From contig JAVEBF010000085.1 of the NCBI GenBank assembly GCA_051941275.1, forward strand, positions 1 through 32,109: a DNA stretch of 32,109 nt, read 5' to 3'. Made by a program: the position numbers and the translations under genes. Below, in pieces: positions 21,889-32,109 of this stretch (the first letter of the stretch is position 1; every line of letters starts with the position of its first letter). A model generated the notes under the pieces. That model had not been told where the DNA came from. It saw nothing but the letters and a program-made list of their open reading frames with translations, and did not search any database. The stretch comes from Dirinaria sp. TL-2023a (taxonomy: Eukaryota).

Positions 21889-24800
21889 TTATTTGGCACC
21901 TGCGGCCTTCAGTCTCTTAACCACAGCTAGATGACCTTCTCTTGCTGCCCTTTGAAGTGCTGTTCCGCCACCAAGAAAACGAGTAGAAACAGCATTGACA
22001 TCAATCTTTTCTTGTAGCAGTCTCTCCACCACCGCTAGATGACCTTCTTCTGCTGCTAGTTGAAGTGCTGTTCCGCAACAATCAAACCTAGCAGAAACAG
22101 CATTGACATCAGCCTTCTCCTGAAGCAGTCTCTCCACTACAGCTAGATGACCTCCCTGTGCTGCTAATTGAAGTGCTGTTCTGCCACCTTGAGGATAAGG
22201 AACAGCATTCACGTCAACCTTCTCTTGTAGCAGTCTCTCCACCACAGCTAGATGACCTTCTTTTGCTGCCATTTGAAGTGCTGTTCCGCAACCATCAAAA
22301 GTAGCAGAAACAGCATTGACATCAGCCTTCTCTTGAAGCAGTCTCTCCATCACGGCTAGATGACCTTCTTTTGCTGCTGAGCGAAGTGGCGTGATGCTAC
22401 CATAAGAAGCATTCACGTGAACCTTCTCTTGTAGCAGCCTCTCCACCACCGCTAGATGGCCTTGTTCTGCTGCTGCTTGTAGAGCAAAATCCAGCATAAC
22501 TTGCGAAATATCTTTCGAGTCTAGACAGGCCTCTAGTAACTGTAAGTATCCATTTGCTGCTGCGCCTCCGACCAACGTTTGAAGGTTCTCTTCGGAAAGC
22601 CTTCTACTGGAACCTATAATCAGCTGCGCTAACGAACAGTGATTAAAATCTACTATCCATTTCAGAATCGTAATAGAGCGCTTCTCCAAGTCCTCAGATG
22701 TCCAGGGAATGTTAATTAGGCTGTCTTGTCGATCTATATCCTTAATCAGCTTGCACCAGAGTCTCCACAGCTTCTCAGAACCTGGCATGATTCTTTGCTT
22801 TGTATGTTCGAGCCAGAATTGACGTGAATAAGATAAAAATGAGTACTGTCTCAGCACGTTATATTGGCGACTAGCTTCAGTATCCCCTATTGCTTCCTCC
22901 AATAGACGTTTTACTGGCTGATCGGACTTATTTCGCCGTCTTAATAAAGTCAGAGCAATTTGGTTGGCGGATCTTCCAGTTGGTAGGCTATTCTTTACGA
23001 CCATAGATGGTATGCCAGTAGCTTTGATATCCATTCCGGGTGTACGCGCCACTTGAGTATTGAAGACGGGAAAGCTAAGGTATGTAACACAGATCGCACC
23101 TGCGTCTGCGTCGGCCTTTTCTAAATTGATATCATGACTCCGAGATTTGACGGTGGCTCCCGAACATAGATATTGTTTAACACTACCATGCGTGAAATGT
23201 ATTGTTTCGTGTTCCTCATCAACGAAGACTAGATTGCCGCAACATGCTACCGCTTTCTTCATGTCATTGACAAAACAACTAGCATTCCAGGTATCTTGTA
23301 AAGGCTCGATTTCAATTGCTTCTCGAAGCTCTTCGATTGTAAGAGGACGTTTCGCAACAGCCGCCCAGCGAAAAATTTGATTTCCAACCTCAATATCATC
23401 AGCTGGGGTAAACTTAGAGAGAATCCTCTCATATGTTTCTGGTAGATCTCGTGGAAGGTGCCTCAAGGCGGCAAGGATCTGACTGTCTGAATTCTTCTCG
23501 CGTAATGTTTGGAGTTGGAGTTTGACCCATAAGAACCTTTCTGCGTAAGTTGAATCCTGTTATTCCATTTTTGGGGCTTCATACATGCCGTGAGCTTCCT
23601 TCTCAAGATGATCTGTAATCGACAATATCAGAGTCGGATCGCTGATTTGCAATTCTGGTGAATCCCCTTCTAGCCACTCGCCGAGTGTGGTGTTGACAAA
23701 TTGGCGAATATCAACAGCAATTCGTGATTGACTTTCGGCAGTATCTAAGCTGACATGCTGCTGGGGTCGGAATTGGAGGGCAAGCCAACTTGGTACGTTT
23801 GGACGACTGGACCAAAATAGTTTAATATGCAGAAGGGGGGAACTTAAGAGGCTATAGAGCGCCTCAGCGACCTCCTTAATTTGAGCTTCGCTACATTCGT
23901 CTAGCCCGTCCAGTACGATAAAGTATTGGTGAGCGTTATTCAAACTAGCTTCGAGAAATTTTATGATAGCTGTTCCGTCTGCATTTTCGAGGTCGAACTC
24001 GCGAAAGGCATCTGCAGGTAAATCATTCACAAATTGTCGAGCAATAGTCCCAATAATGGTCGTTGCTTTGAGAGATTCCTGGTCATCAAAACGACAGAAG
24101 AAGAAGCTCGTCACATTCTTTGGCGATACAGATTCCATTATACTGGCAGTCACACAAGCGCTTAAGGTATTTTAGCAAGTTTTGCGGATAGGGATTCGGG
24201 TAAATGAACCTTATGATCGATTTCCCTGAACCCACTGTTTTCCAATGTAAGCATTGCGAATGCAACAGGGACTCTTATGAGCCTACATTTGCCAGAGCAC
24301 CAAAGGACTTTCGGATCTTCTTCTTTCCATGTCTTGAACGCTAGGTCCTCCAGTACCCAATTCGACGTACCAGGTACGCACTCCTTACGAATCTGCTTGT
24401 AAGTCCTCTGATAATTGTAGGTAGAGAGACTCTTCAAGACTTGTCGTTTCCTTTTCTCCAATCTCCGACGATGGATTTCTAATCGCGAATCGTTCACTTT
24501 CTTGTTATCCCGATAGAAATTGTCCATCCATTTGGCTATGTTTTTCCGATGACCATCAGCCTCCAAACGTTCTCTAGCTTGGAGCTCGTTCTCCTGCTTT
24601 TTGGCTTGCTTTGATGCCAGAGATGCTTCATCGCGAACTTCTTGGCCTAATGCTGCAATTTCCCTTTCATGAGGCCCAAACTCGGTCTTGAAGGAGCTCA
24701 GTAACATCTTAGGCAGCTTCCTATATGCTAGAAATATATCAATTTACGAACTGGTAGAAGAGTATTCAAAAATGAAAAGGCGGGTATAATACCTGACTCT

Positions 24801-25349
24801 CGAAGAAACTGCGTTGAGTGCTTATAAAGCTGAATAATAGCGGCGTAATAATCACACAACGCTTTTCGTAATCTTGTCGAAGGATACAAGAAGCTCAGCT
24901 CCTGTATCTGGGGACACTGCCTTCCTAAGGTCATGAGCAAAGTGGACAGTTGGTCAAAATAGGACGAAAAGTTGTTTGCAGCCTACAACAGTCAGATACA
25001 GTACTCGGGCCAGGGGACAAAGTATCACCAGTAGAGTCAGCTTTACACCTCCCCAGACCAGAGCCGCAAATTCAGGATGAGAGCTGACAAATGTATCCAC
25101 AACTTTGGAGAATTGCTGTATTGATTCAAGGAAAGTTATGAGCCTCGGACCCATACATTGACGGCGATTTCTACTGCAATCTCTGTCAATGAGGGTGGTG
25201 AAATTGATGGCAGCCGCAGTATCTGGCAACCCTTGATTGTGAAGTTGATTTCTATCTTCATCAGAAAGAATCTTCTCGTAGTCGGCTAGTGCTTGAGCCA
25301 GTTTGGTTTCGGGATCCAGCGGCGCAGTGTTAGCGCCCACTAAAGCCAT
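21889..25349 (-). CDS. Fungal NLR-like protein: N-terminal helical domain + NACHT NTPase + ankyrin repeats, ~1066 aa, 6 exons
   Basis: Exons 25349-25029, 24982-24793, 24727-24287, 24234-24210, 24160-23585 and 23536-21889 have GT-AG ends and sum to 3201 nt, in frame. Motifs: Walker A GKLGSGKS, FFFCRFDD, Walker B IVLDGLDEC, GMFLWVKLQL, LPRDLPETYERIL, FTHGSVKQYL and C-terminal ankyrins. Confidence 0.92.
21900..22490 (-). repeat. Six highly similar ankyrin repeat units (96-108 bp) within the NLR
   Basis: CTAGATG(A/G)CC recurs at ~21927, 22035, 22143, 22248, 22356 and 22452. The protein unit is TALQxAAxEGHLAVVERLLQEKxDVNAV. Confidence 0.9.
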
Positions 25350-26635
25350 AACGATGGTGAATGTGCCAATAATACTAGTGGAGTGGGCAAATACTGCTTA
25401 ATAAAATTCATATATACAAGCAACAAATCTGACTTTGTCGCTGTAGAGGGGCTTTTACAGTCAAATTTTGCTGTGTTCAAAGCTCAAAGTCAAGGCTGAG
25501 ATGAATCAGCCAGGGAGCTGTGATGACTTGGGTGCCTGGACGAGTATCAGCGAGTCAGCCCAAGGCCGAGTACTGTTCGCTTGTCGACCAATCAGAAGAG
25601 ATGCTACACCCGCTCCAGTATGCTGTAGTGGCACGAGTGTACCTAAGGTAACCCTGGCCTTCTCCGTCAACCATTCCAGACGCCTGCATAAGGAATCCAT
25701 CAACAGCGACTCACAATAGACAGCCACTCTACACGAAATGAATTGTATCTTGCTTATGACGCCCTCCTAGAAGTAGAATCCCGTTACCTTATTGAGTATA
25801 TGTCTCTTGATTGGCCAGGAAGAACCATGCTGTGGACATTTGAAAAGGCTCACAAGGTACTCGCGCTGGCACACAATCATCGCCGAGGAAATTAAACCCA
25901 TCAGTCTGAAAGCCTGGATATATATAAGTATGTTCAGGCTATTAAGCCTCGTAATCTACGTTCCAAGCGATGAACCACGATGATGAGAGCGCGGCGGCAT
26001 TTTGGACGCTCTCATCGGGCACAAGTAGTATAGGTGCAAGTATCGTAAACGTTGCTTGCATTGTTCAAGGGGCTCAGATTTCGCCGCCGCAAGATCTGTG
26101 ACTTCTACCAACTTGTGGTTATGAATTTGTTCAATAATCCTCTCAATTCCTGTTTTTGCCCTTTGCAGAGCCAAAATTTGTCGAGTCTTACTTTTCTCGA
26201 GATCGATAAGTGTGTCCCAAAGACGCGGAATGTGGCATGTGTGCAGGACAGACTACGTATGTATGTAGTCAATAGTGTGGCAATTTGCGTTGTACATGGT
26301 CCATGGCAGCATGATTGCTTGCAATACATGTAACCAGTATGTTACGAGACAGTATACAAAAGGCCATTAGAGCTGCCTAAATAATTAGCTTTGGCACCGT
26401 GGCTTGGCTCGATGACGACGGTGCAGATCGAGCGTACTTCGACGAGCAATGTAGCTCTACCAGCACACTGGGCCAAGGCTTATTCATTAAGATAGGTCAT
26501 GGAGTGTCGGAATGGATTTGTATGGTGGTAGATATGTAGTGAACTGTCTCGTTTCATTTACCTCCAGTGGTGATCGAACCGATTTCCATACCCGTCAGCT
26601 CGGTTCCTCATTGCTTGCGCATTATTTGTAAGGTC

Positions 26636-27292
26636 TCAGGCTGAAAAACCCTGCGCCCTTGCCTGAAGGTAGTCCTTGCGGAACTGATTCGATTCCGTTT
26701 CCTCACTGCGGTTCAGAGACGCCCACTTGGGCTGGGTCTGGAAGAGCCGCATGGCATGAATATACTATAGGCGATCAGCATCAAGTGATAAACTGCGTAC
26801 AAGTCGAGGCGAGAGAGACTGACATTCTCCTCGTCGACGGTGAACCGATGATAGATCCCCGCGGGCAAGATCAATAAATCTCCCGGCTCAGCACTGATTC
26901 GCACCCACTTGTCGTCCTTGTCTCTGACGTCAAAGTACCCAGTACCCTTCAAGATGTATCGGATCTCCTCATCTTCATGCATATGTTCATCGTAGAACGC
27001 CTTGATTTTTTCCTCGTAGACTGCGCCCAAAGCTTCGGGTGAGACGGTGATTTGGTCGCGGTTGGCGTAGTTGCGGGTCTTGGCAAGGCTCTCCACTTCG
27101 GCCGCTGATGATGGGGACGACGGCGGGAAAGTGTAGTAGAGCACACCGAGGGGAGAGAGATAGTTGTTCGGGAGCTCCTTACCGGAGTCGTGGGGGAGGC
27201 GGCAATCGTCCTGGCATTTCAGCGTCAATCTCTGGTAAAGCAGTAACAGGCTTGCGGCATACGGGCTTGTCGTCGTGATAATACAACTTCAT
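26636..27292 (-). CDS. ADI1: Acireductone dioxygenase (ARD, cupin; methionine salvage), 181 aa, 3 exons
   Basis: Exons 27292-27263, 27210-26824 and 26764-26636 splice in frame. Motifs: [64 protein letters not shown]. Confidence 0.95.
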
Positions 27293-28825
27293 TGTGGAAG
27301 CTGCTTCTCTACTTTCCTATGACCTGTTGTTGTGTCAAGGTCGCAGAGACTCTGAGACTCAAGTTGTAGTGACCATTAGACTGGGAGGGTGTGTGCCTGA
27401 GACACACTAGTAGAGGCAAGCAAACTTCGCGGAATTACCCCACTTTTGTGACAGTGAGTGTGAAGATTCAACGACGCTGTTCAATTGGAGCTCATTCATT
27501 GTTGCGAGAAACATTGGCAGCCTCGTCAGAAAAGCGTTGCGATTCCTTGTAGCACGGTTACGGTTGCCTCCCCTCACCCATCACTATCTATCTTCTTCAT
27601 TTAGAGCGGCCAGCTTTCACAAGAGCGCCCAGTGGCCTCAGCGCACTTCGTCTGAGTCTCGCTGTCGCCTCAATACGGCGGTACGATATTTCTTTAAGGT
27701 CCAACAGGCTTCATTCACAGGTACTCGGCCTTGTGAAAGGTGTGATCAAAGCCACTGACGTAGCGCTCCTCGAGGCATGTCGAGTTTGCTACTTTAGCGT
27801 AGTGCCTCGTGCTTACATATCGACTGCATGCAGCAGCATGAGATACCTTGCACAATACGAAGAATAAGCTTCTAAATCTCCGAGACGAGGCAAAAGTTGC
27901 CGTTGCTGTACGAGTCAAGTAACACGCCTCATGCAGGACGCCAATTATGAAACGCCAAAAACTATATACAGAGGTACTCCCGAGCTTCTGGCTAGCGCGA
28001 TCATTGCCAATGGTGCTTAGTAGACAATAGTCTCAGGAAGTAGGTGGGCAATATCTTATGATTATCACCAATTTGCTCCAATTTGCTACCTGATCTTCAA
28101 CCAGCCGAGACCCCTTCCCCCCCTCCCAAAGCCGTGTACTCGTACGACCCTGGCAGCTCACACATGACATTTTTCACGTTCACCAGTGCTTATGGCGCCT
28201 TACTGCATGAACCACGATAGATCTCGAATTGGCCAGCTGAGGCATTATGCGCGGATCTATCAATCCCGCGTCTCATTCAGGTACTTAGCCTAGTCCTTAA
28301 TTTAATCTACTTAACCTTATCAGGCTTTTGACTACTAGAATGTCCTTTCACTAAGCAGTAACAGAGCGGACCCAAAGACTATTTGTGAGTGGAATCCAGA
28401 GGCTTCTCGACAACAATCTAGCACAGCACAGCCGAAGATAAAGAGCTTGTGAGGAAGGCATGAGTACGACAGCGTATTACTACTGTATGGCGTCCCCGTG
28501 TACATCATCTGAGAACATTTCCTGTCTAGAGGAGGTGTGCCACTTGTTTTTAATGGCCGAGAATAGGGTTGTAAAGCTGCCTTGGAAAGGCTGGCCTGCA
28601 TTGTAATGCATGAGATCTGATTTTCTGATTCGTGGATAACATTACGTCCCACGAGGCTCGGGCTGAAACTGAAAGCTTTGCCACAAGACTGCTGATGGTC
28701 CCATCACCGTGTTTATGCCGAAAGAGGAAAGTGAGAGCCGCGGATCAGATTATTATACTGAGGTCTTCCACAGTATAAAGTTCTCACGATGGCGAATGAG
28801 AGTCAACTCGGCCATAACATTAGAC

Positions 28826-30210
28826 ATGTCTTTCCAAACACCAGTGTATCCAGGAATCGACCTTAATGCGGATCAAGGGCCTCAATTGAATGCTGTTGGC
28901 ATCGCATTCATAGTGCTATCGTTTGTTACCCTTGTTCTCCGTTTGATATCCCGCCTAAGGACGAAAGTTCCAATTGAAGCCGATGACTGGCTTATAGTTG
29001 CAGCTGCGGTTTGGATTTCTTAGAAGGAAATGACCACCTGCAGTAGAAGCTGATAATTCTGCTTTAGATCCTTTCTTGGGGCTATACCGCGACAGCAATA
29101 GTTGAAGTTCAGTATAATTTCTACGGTCAGCACATCGGAAAGTCGGATGCGTACCATCTCGAGGAGTTCAATAAAGGACTTTACGGCCTAGCTATTGTTT
29201 ATCCTCTTGCCCTGACTTTCAGCAAATTGTCGCTGCTGGCACTGTATTGGCGCATCTTTCGAGTGACCACTGCGAGGCTGCCATTGCAGATTGTGGCGGC
29301 AGTTAACATAGGGTGGATGCTTGCTGCGGTAAGTCGATCTGACATTTTCGAGGCCAATAGACTAGCTCCTGATATTAATACAGACCCTTGTCGGCATATT
29401 CAGCTGCATCCCGGTCCGAGGATTCTGGGAACTGACAGTAAAAAGCCGCTGCATTAAGTATCCCGTGTTCTTTACTTCGAATGAAGCTTTTACAATCGCG
29501 CTGGACTTGGTCGTTCTACTCATGCCAGTATACTTCATCGCCCAGCTTCAGCAATCCCTGTCACAAAGGATCTCCATAAGCAGTACGTTTCTTCTGGGTC
29601 TAGTGTTCGTATCTCCAAGGGGCTTAGGGGGACGTATGCTGAGCCATCTTCCAGTGTAACGGTGGTCTCGGCTGTGCGATTGTGGCAACTCGTTCTTGCC
29701 CAGCGCAAACCTGGTTTCGATCCAACATGTATGGACCTGCTTCCAGCTCAATCCTCTGTGAACAATACAGCTGACTCTGTCCCGGCATAAGTCAACGAAA
29801 CTCCTGCAGCGTTGTGGGCCATCATTGAACTCAACCTCTGGGTTGTTGTTGCTTCGATACCTTCGCTTCGTCCTCTCGTAACGAGAACACTTCGTGATAT
29901 TCGTCAAAGCAGGGCTCAGCAACGGGCCAAGAGATACACGGATGGTTCAGGATCCGGGAAAAGTTTCAAGCGCGGTATTTGGCCCACCAAGGGCCCCTCC
30001 ACACAATCAGATGATCGCTTGGCGTTAGACTCGGACAGAGTTGTGGCAGACCCTTCGCATTCTATGCATAATTACAATATCAAAGTCTCTGCCCGGGGTC
30101 CAAGGGAGCGTGGATGGACGCCGCTCGGCGTGGCTGGAAATGGCGAGGAGCTTTTACAGTTGCAAGATCTTGGTGCCATACAGGTAGATCGGGAAATTCG
30201 AGTCTCCTAA
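28826..30210 (+). CDS. PTH11-like integral membrane GPCR (fungal rhodopsin-like domain, no CFEM), multi-exon
   Basis: LVLRLISR...DDWLIVAAA, YGQHI, SKLSLLALYWRIF, IFSCIPVRGFW...C, ALDLVVLLMP and WAIIELNLWVVVASIPSLRPL, joined by short introns (e.g. 29009-29067). Confidence 0.92.
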
Positions 30211-31010
30211 AATTCAGGTAAGATTGTGTCCTTGGCGCGTTCTCGGGGAACAGTCTCAAGCGGTAGAAATGGCCGCGCAAGACAAATTTTGACCCTGGGT
30301 TGTTGGTATCGCACTCTCACTGCGAAGCATTTCTTCCGCCAGAACACGCCATGTCAGTGCTAGTTGGATGGACAGAATATGTAATCTGACTAAGATATTT
30401 CGGACACGTTCGGTCTCGTGTAATACTTAAGCTTGGCGCCCTAGAAAGGGCGCCTTTTGCCTCGCCGGTTACATTATACGGTGTTTGCACCAAGGCACAG
30501 CCAGCTAAGGTAAGGTAGGTAAGGTACCTCAAAGAGCAGTGTGGGATGGCACTGACCACAATGGAGTACGGGCTGGGCTAAGCCCTAAGGTTTCATATTT
30601 CCCGTCGGGAAGGAAATGACGAAACGGGTTTTTAATTGGTCAACCGTACGCGGGGCCTTGGCACGATTTGTTTCATGAGACGGATTCAACCTACATGTAT
30701 CTTCCATGTACGAGCTTACGTTACCCACCCGAGCAAATTCACGTCGTCGAGGGTAACACTAGGTAGATTTATGTTTCCCAAGGTAAGCTGCTTATCTTAC
30801 AATTGGCTAGGAAAACGATATTCGCAACCCTAAGGAACGCAACGTAGGTTGAAGCCTGCCACATCTACTTTATTCCTCTCATGCTAGCGGTTTGATTGGA
30901 GCGAGTGATCTTATCATTGTGAATTCTCCTCTCTATTGCATTATTTTCCCGTGAACAGGAGCGTCGAAGCCAGGCTCAAAGTTAAGGCCAAGACCTGCTC
31001 ACGTCCCGGA

Positions 31011-32003
31011 ATGACCAGCAGTGGAAAAGATCTCTTGCCAAAGGGAAACGTAGGAATCTTCAAGAACGAAATGGCAGGACACTTCGGTGAACGATCCGAG
31101 ATCCACTCGTTCAACGGCTTCTTATTTGACCTCGACGGAACTATCATCGATACCACCGAAGCTATAACCAAACATTGGACCAAGTCAGTCACGTCCTCTT
31201 TCTTAATTTGCTGGAAGACTCATTCAACTGCTACACGCTCTTCAACGTCATGTTTTGTAAACGAACACTGAAATCCCGCCGTTTTCTAGAATTGGGGCCG
31301 AACTCGGTGTAGATCCCAAGGTCATCCTGAATAGCTCCCGTGGCCGCCGCTCAATCGACACCATCAAACTCTATGATGCTTCGAAAGCTAATTGGGACTG
31401 TAAGTCCCTTACCCGCCATTTCCCCCAAAAAGAAAAAAAAAAAAAAAAGCTCAGCCAAACTTCTGTCCATTAACATTCAAAACTCCAGACATCCGCCACA
31501 TCGAAACCCAAATCCCACCCACCTACGGCTCTTCAGCCTCCGAAACCCCCGGCTCGCGGTCTCTGCTCCAGTCCCTCCAAGAAGCCCACGCCCCCTGGGC
31601 TCTCGTCACATCATGTACCCGTGCCCTGCTCCACGCCTGGCTAGATCTACTGACACTACCCACCCCCGCCATCTCCGTCGCAGCCGAGGACGTACCCGTC
31701 GGGAAACCCGATCCAGCTTGCTACATCCTCGGGTGCGAGCGTATCGGGTGCGCTGGGCAGGGGGTGCTGGTGGTCGAAGACTCGCCTTCGGGGGTGGCGG
31801 CGGGGAAGGCTGCGGGATGTAAGGTCCTGGGTCTTGCGACTACGCATGGGGTGGAGAAATTGAGGGATGAGGGGGCGGATTGGATTGTAAGGGATCTGAG
31901 TAGTGTAAGGCTTGTTGAGGGCGGAGAGGGGAGATATACGATCTTGATAGGTGGGCTGTGGGAAGATGCTTCGTTGGGGCAGGATTCAGGAACCGCATCA
32001 TAA
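31011..32003 (+). CDS. HAD-superfamily phosphatase, glycerol-3-phosphatase / 2-deoxyglucose-6-phosphatase-like, 3 exons
   Basis: Motif I FLFDLDGTIIDT, motif II ALVTSCT, motif III GKPDPACY and motif IV VVEDSPSGVAAGKAAGCKVLGLATTH, with two GT-AG introns. The start could alternatively be the ATG at 31071. Confidence 0.9.
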
Positions 32004-32109
32004 GCATTCACCACTACGCACACAGTACCTTCCATATTTCGTTGTGACTAAATGTGTCTGTGTCTGTCTGTATCGATTGTAAAATTGGGTTTCAAGAAAA
32101 GAAAAGAAA

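Noticed and set aside
25400..26600. Starship terminus or captain gene at the accessory/core boundary
   Set aside because: No tyrosine-recombinase ORF, and isolated TTAC words are uninformative without an empty-site comparison.
28185..28205. CYS-3/MetR-like site (ATGGCGCCTT) upstream of ADI1
   Set aside because: Single mismatched copy about 900 bp away; not distinguishable from chance.
30435..30458. Hairpin GGCGCCCT-AGAA-AGGGCGCC plus TTTT resembling an intrinsic terminator
   Set aside because: The hairpin is real, but bacterial-type terminators do not apply to Pol II genes and an 8-bp stem can arise by chance.
31340..31822. 160-aa ORF with poly-Lys
   Set aside because: Off-frame read through the HAD gene and an intronic poly-A tract.

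Overview
Eukaryotic, intron-containing DNA from a filamentous ascomycete, inferred from GT..CTAAC..AG introns and the gene families present. The right end (~26.6-32.0 kb) carries three intact genes: acireductone dioxygenase (ADI1), a PTH11-like GPCR and a Gpp/Dog-type HAD phosphatase. The left ~26 kb is an accessory, largely decayed region. It holds two intact hypothetical genes, an intact NACHT-ankyrin NLR with highly similar ankyrin repeats, and a run of co-oriented minus-strand gene relics (DUF3716-like, RING-H2, HNH-like, RecQ C-terminus and several unidentified). The most unusual signal is how these relics were destroyed. CC/GG dinucleotides are nearly absent while CpG and CpA persist, and conserved residues show G>D, G>E, P>S and W>TGA changes. 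This points to a RIP-like C>T process with a CpC context rather than the classical CpA one. Smaller oddities are a phased 13-bp minisatellite, a perfect 25-bp palindrome, a solo-LTR-like insert and a Pol III/tRNA-like structured island. All family assignments come from motif recognition by eye; no database search was run.
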